Origin: Candidatus Nanoarchaeia archaeon | GTDB taxonomy: Archaea; Nanobdellota; Nanobdellia; Woesearchaeales; GW2011-AR9 | Assembly: GCA_035291085.1 (NCBI GenBank) | Contig: DATDTA010000086.1 | Span: 1 to 53,155 of the forward strand | Reading direction: 5' to 3' | Length of the DNA: 53,155 nucleotides | Shown here: positions 46,201 through 52,200 of the stretch, one piece after another | Layout: each line of letters opens with the position of its first letter | Position numbering within the stretch: position 1 is the stretch's first letter | Position numbers and translations under genes: made by a program | The notes under the pieces: model-generated | The model's input: the letters and a program-made list of their open reading frames with translations, nothing else | What the model was told of the DNA's origin: nothing | The model's database searches: none

Positions 46201-49200
46201 TTCCACCTGTTTTTTATAAAGATTTTCCAGCTCTGGATGAGTAGCTCCTAACTTTGGTGTATCTCCCCCAACAAACCCTGCTCCCGGAGCAACCGTAGGT
46301 TCCTTATATACTTTCGATGAACCAGATTCGCCATCCGAACCCTCGCCTGCACTTTCCCCACTTGCCGAGGAGTCAGACCCACCCCTAGATGAAGTGCCGC
46401 CACCCTCACCCGTGTCGCCTGTACCACCACTAACAGCAATCATGCCCAACAATGGGAGTCGAACCGCATTGCCAAGAGGGGTTCCAAACCTAAATAATTC
46501 TGCTAATTTACTGACAACTCCCTCACGGAAATTTTTGTTGAGGATCAACAGCAACGCCACGCCTCCCACAATGGCAATAACATAGAAGATGCCGCCATTC
46601 ACGAACCATGCGGATAAATAGGAAAAAATTTGATCGGATAAAGGCTGTTGAACTTCTTGAACAGCTTGAACAATATTGGATTCTAAGGGGTTAGCGCCAG
46701 CAGGTTTGGTTTTGTGTAGAAAAACATAAACAGAAGCAAGAGGAAAAATAAATAGAGGAATGACATTCAATAGATTGCGTGTAACTTCCACAGTTGAAGG
46801 AGGGGCGCGCTCCTCTGCTTTACTAGCCATTTTCACCTCTTTTACATCAGCTTGTTTTGCAAAACGCCTAACTCTAGAGATCACAGGCTCTAAAGCTCTT
46901 TTGACTTTACTCATATTTTTAACCACTGGCACTGCTTTGTTGCTTGTGTCTGCCGCAAAATATTGCTGAAATAAAACTGCTTCATCCACAGAGAAAAATT
47001 GCGCAAGTTTCATATAATCTTTAGCTCGAATATAGTTATCCGGATTATCCATGCGGATTCCAATCTCTATGTGCTGCTGAAGAGCCCAATCTCGCATCAA
47101 AGAAATTGCCTGTTTTAAATGAAGAATTAAACGCACATCCGTAAATTGAATGCCAAGACGAGGTTTAATCGCTTCTTCAATACCAGGACTTCTATATAGC
47201 TCTTCCAAAACCTCTGCTTCCCAGCGTAGAATAGGCTGATATTCTTCACTGATCATTCGCGCTAATCCGCTAAAACCTAAAGGAGGATTTGCCTCTTCCG
47301 TATCTTCATAAAGATTTCCTGCAATAAGTTCTTTAAAATCTGCGCTTGTAAAATCACTGGTTTGATAGATCACAGCTTGATCTGGAGAGCTTATTTTTTG
47401 CAATGTTTCTGCCATGATTCTAACGAGCGCTAATTTAAAATATTTTTTCCCTTTATTTTTTTTAGATTCATCAATCCCAGCTTGCTCTAAGAGCTCAGAT
47501 ATTTTTTCCAGAATTTCAGGATGACTTTTTAACCTGCCTTTGTTACCCCTGTCATAATCTAAAAGCGCAAGAGGATGAATCCCGATTTTTTTATAAAGTT
47601 CTGCTGCTTTAACAACTAACACTGTTTTTGGCCGATCCTCTAAAATCTGTTGTTCCTGCTCTTGAGCATCAGCGCCGGCCATTTGCGGCTTTTGCTTTAA
47701 TAAGGGCTCAAGTGGACTGGTTGCAACTGAAGCTGTTTCCAAAATGTCGGGAGTGACCGGCTCTTTTTTTTGAGGGACAATCTCTCCTAAAAGTATAATT
47801 CTATTTTCAAAATCAATCGTATAAATTTTCCCATCTTCTAACCTAGGCTCTAACTGTTCAGGCACATTTCCAAAAGGCTTGTGCGGAACTTCTGTAAGCA
47901 ACTTATTCAGCTGTTTAAAAAGTCCCTCTCTATCGTTACCAGCTTCAACCAAAAGTTCGCTTACAAGAACTGACCCTGCTAACTCGATAGCTGCTTTTAA
48001 TTGTTCTTCAGACAATTTTAAACCTATTGGAAAATAAAGAGTTTCGCCAATGCCAATTTTTTCCAAATCTTTCTCGCTTCTAATCACTCTTAACCGCCTG
48101 CCGGAAGAAACACCTTCTGGTCCGGTAATTAATTTGAAATCTCCAAGTTTTTTACTTTTTCTACCTGCTTCTCGAGCCGCATATTCGCCTCTAACTGCTT
48201 CTCTAATGGAGGTTTCTCTTCTACCTGATTCTTCCCCTCTAACTGCTGCTGCTATGGCGGCTTCACTTAATTCTGAATGTTCCAGTTCCGCTTCTGCGGC
48301 TAACTTTACGGCTCGTAAATATCCAAGCGCATCAGTGCCAACTGAATCCAGCATGGAAATAATCTCTTTAGCGGCTTGAGGGTTATACCCTGTTTCATCC
48401 GGGTTCGCTAATTTTACAATCGCTTGACCGCACAAACCCAAACTAAGTTTTAGATCTTTATATTTCTTTTTCGCTTTATTGATCGCATAAGCCACATGCC
48501 GAATGCTGGCAATCACGGATTCTTCAGATTCTCTAAAGAGATCCGCTACCTTTGATTCATCCCTTCCCACGCGTAAAGTGAGTTGGGTTAAGTCATTCGT
48601 GCCAAAAGAAAAGAAAAGTTCGGTTTGAGGATTTCTTTCTCCATAAAGAACAAGCTCTTTTATAAATTCCTCTGCCTGCATCACATTGGAAGGAAGCTCT
48701 ACCATCATCCCCACACTTTTTGCATGAACCTCTAAATCTTGCAGCCTTTTTAAACCCCGGCGCAGTTCATCCGGAGTTCTTACAAAAGGATAGAATACGC
48801 CAATGTTGCTGTACCCCATGGCGATCGCGCGTTTAATCGCCTCCAATTCCCAGGCAAAGGTAATGCGGTTCTCAGGGTCTAATAGATAACCTGCTCCCCG
48901 ATGGCCAATCATGGTGGCGCTTTCCTTCATTCCAAATTCTTCCCCGCCAACCATTTTGTTCAGTTCATTCTGTTTAAAATCTGTAAAACGGTAAAGCATT
49001 TTTTGATCTACACCATTAGCTGCTGCAATGGACGCGACCCCTTGAGACAATTTTTGCACATAAAAATCTTTTGCGCTTCCATACCCCTGAATGCGCTCCT
49101 GAATCACCTCAATTAATTCCGGATGTCTTTTAAGTTTTTCTACGTTTTCCATTTTAAGACCATGAATTTCTAAATCCGGATGAAACAAGGAATTAGGTTT

Positions 49201-52200
49201 TTCATATAAAAGCATTAAGTTATCATAAGCTTCCAAAGCCAAAGGATGCACTCCAATCTCCATTAAGAAAAACTCTGCTCTAGCAAGACTAACTCCATAA
49301 TGAGAATCGTAAAGAGCTACCTTAGAGACTTCTCTCATGGCATTGTCAGATGCGATAATTAATCCGGGTTTAGTGAAATGAAGAGGAGGGAGTTTTTCTA
49401 AATCAATGGTTATTGCTTCTTCTTCTATAGGGAGCTTTGCTTTAAAAACCTTGCCGCGGTTCGCATCAACGGTAACTTCACTGCCAAAATTTAAAAGATG
49501 TTTTAACTCTTGATTCCACCGTTCTGGATCCTGATATTTTAAACGATCCATATCCGCGCCTATGCCAACTACGGAAGAGATTCCCAATTCTCTGGAAACA
49601 ATCGCCGCATGGGAGGTATCTCCCCCTTCAAAAGCAATAATTCCTTTTGTTACTTTAATCGCATCATTATAATCCGGTGTGGTAAAACGAGTAACCAAAA
49701 TAAGATGTTCTCCTGTTTTACGCGCCGCTTCCGCTTGATCTTGAATCGCCTTTATCTGATGAGCAAGCGGCAGAATTGCTCCTTTTTCAAAACCCTTGCC
49801 ATTAATAGTTACCTTTTCTTTTGCAATTACTTTTCCTTCTAATCCCTGAAGAAGTTTCCCTTCAGGGTCCACAGATTTCAAAAGTTCAATTAAGCTTCCA
49901 TCCTCATCAATGATTACGATCTTGCCATAAGCGGCATTTCTTCCCTTTACACCGCTAGCCAAAAGATTCCCTTCTAACTCTGCTTTATCCACTGACTCTT
50001 GAGGAACCACTCTTTTCTTTAAATTCAAAATCTTAGGCTGGTCTGTTTCTTTTGCGGCTGTGTAGGGACGCGACTGCACAAATTCAGGTTTACCGTTTAC
50101 CAAACCGCCTTCAATATCCCTGAGATCTCCATAAAATTCTGTAGTTCCTAAAGCAGCCAAAGCAATTTGCTTAATCTCTTCATCTGTTGCAGCAAAACTT
50201 TTTCCCATGCTCTCCGGCACATAAGTCTCAACTGTTTTGGCATAGATATCATGCCGCAGTTCCCGCAAAACATCTGCTAAAAGAGCATCATCTCTTGAGC
50301 CTGTAGATGAAGGTAAATTCTGAATCTCATCTAAAGTCAAATTTAATCGTCTTAAAGCATCATCTAAACGAATGACTTGAATCTTTTTAGTGCCTAGCTC
50401 TTTATTAAGGATATTTACATGCTGCTCTCCTTTGGAATCTTTAAAAACATGCGCCAAATAAGAGTCTGGGCTAGTTTTTCCTCCCACTAAAGCTTCTCCT
50501 AAACCATGGGTAAGCTCAATACGGAAAACTCTCCCCTGATTAAGATTCTTTAAATTTTCTTTTTGGAAACTTAAACCAGACCAGCCTGTTTGGTTTTCAA
50601 CTGAAAAAATTGTAAATGCCCTGTTATTCTGCATCATGGCCTGCACTACCACTGCTAAAGAAACTTGGTTTGGATCAGTATAGACTGGGACAATCTCTTC
50701 GAGAATTTTTAACTCTTGGCTGAAAATAGGATGAGTTTCAAGCAATTTTTTTAATTTTGCATAAGGCAATCTTGAGGGAAGTTCAAAAGCTTCAGCAATC
50801 ATCTGGCCGTCTTCAACATTTTTACGAATTTTATCCAGCAATCTTTTAAATCCCTGATCCCCTAATTTTTTTACAAAAGCATTGACCAAAGTGGTATCGC
50901 GATAAGAAATAGCTCGACTTAAATAAAGCGAGGCAAAATCGTCCTTAACTCTTCTTAACACATCCTCTACACCGCGCACATTTAAATAAGTAGCCTGAAT
51001 GCCGGCAGAAGAAGCCTCTTCTAAATCTTCTCGAGTGCCAGAACTTCTAACCGCAACTGGCAAATTTTCTACGCCGTATTTCTTGCAAAGTTCGCGGTAT
51101 TCTTCCTTAATAGCTTCTTCCAGCTCTTTAGGGAATCTTGCTTTTCTGATCTGTTCTTGAATTTTTTCCGAAGCTTCTGCTAACTCTTCCGCATTTCCAA
51201 CATCCACATTTAAAGTGATCTGTTTTATAAAATCAGCTAATTTAATCCCTTCTACGTTCCTCTCTTTCCCATCCTCTGCTTCTACTCCATCATTCTCATC
51301 AATGGTCCCTTTCACTCTATTCTCTTCCAAAAATTTCACAAACGCGTGAGCTGTGGTAATAAATCCGCTGGGAACTGGGATTCCATGGCTTTCCATCTCA
51401 CCAAGATTAGCTCCTTTGCCGCCTGCAATCCCCACATCTTCTTTCCTTAAATCCTTAAATTTAAGGGTTAGAGCTTTTTCTTTCTGATCGCTCCTTACAC
51501 CCGCTTTTTCTATCTCCCTATTTGTAAATAAATCCTTAAAAAAATGAAAAATAGAATACCTATTATCAATTAAATAAAGGACTGCTAAGACTCCTATAAG
51601 AATAATACCCCTCCACTCCTCAGCTTTGAATCCAGCGCTTGCAAGATAGGCTGCTGCTCCTAACCACTTTTTCCATCTGAATTTATTTTTAGTTAAATCC
51701 TCTTTTCTATCTATAATCTCCTTAACCTGCTTTTTAAGAAACTTGCTGGAACCTACATTAATTTCTTTCGCAATTGGAATAAACAGCTCTCTTGCCTTAT
51801 GCGCTAGAGAAAGGGGTTTCTCCCCAACTGCAAAAGTTTGACCAACCTCTCCTGTAAATGGATCCTTCATCTGCCCAGACCATACATTCTTTGCCCCATC
51901 TAATATCTCTTCCGCCTCTAACTCTTCTTGAGGATCATTCAGCAATCTCTTGCTTAATTTCTCATCCTCTTTGTCTGTGCTAAAAACTTGGTATTCTCTT
52001 TCTTTATAAGACACCGCTTCTCTATATATAGCCGACTTTGGTTTGGATATTTGTGGATTTCCAATCTTTTGAGACTTTTCTTCACCCTGATTTATTCCTT
52101 GTTTGTTAGAATCCTGCTGAATGTTTTGGGATTGAAGTTTAGCTTGGATGCGGGCAATCGCCTCAGTTAATACCGAGAGAGTACCTTCTACTCCAGCTTC

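Noticed and set aside
27097-46560. Possibility that the dispersed ~130-nt repeats are a CRISPR array or another non-coding repeat array
   Set aside because: The spacing is irregular (3-8 kb). The copies are only 80-95% identical and all are in-frame parts of one ORF encoding the same peptide.
27032-46585. A 'family' of plus-strand ORFs with near-identical Pro-rich peptides (..MPNNGTRTALPRGVP.LNN..N..TTPSRKFLL..) at 27032..27262, 35393..35632, 42194..42430 and 46394..46585
   Set aside because: They are the antisense translation of the repeated NKNFREGVV...PLLG module of giant gene B. Their conservation is explained by the coding repeat on the minus strand.
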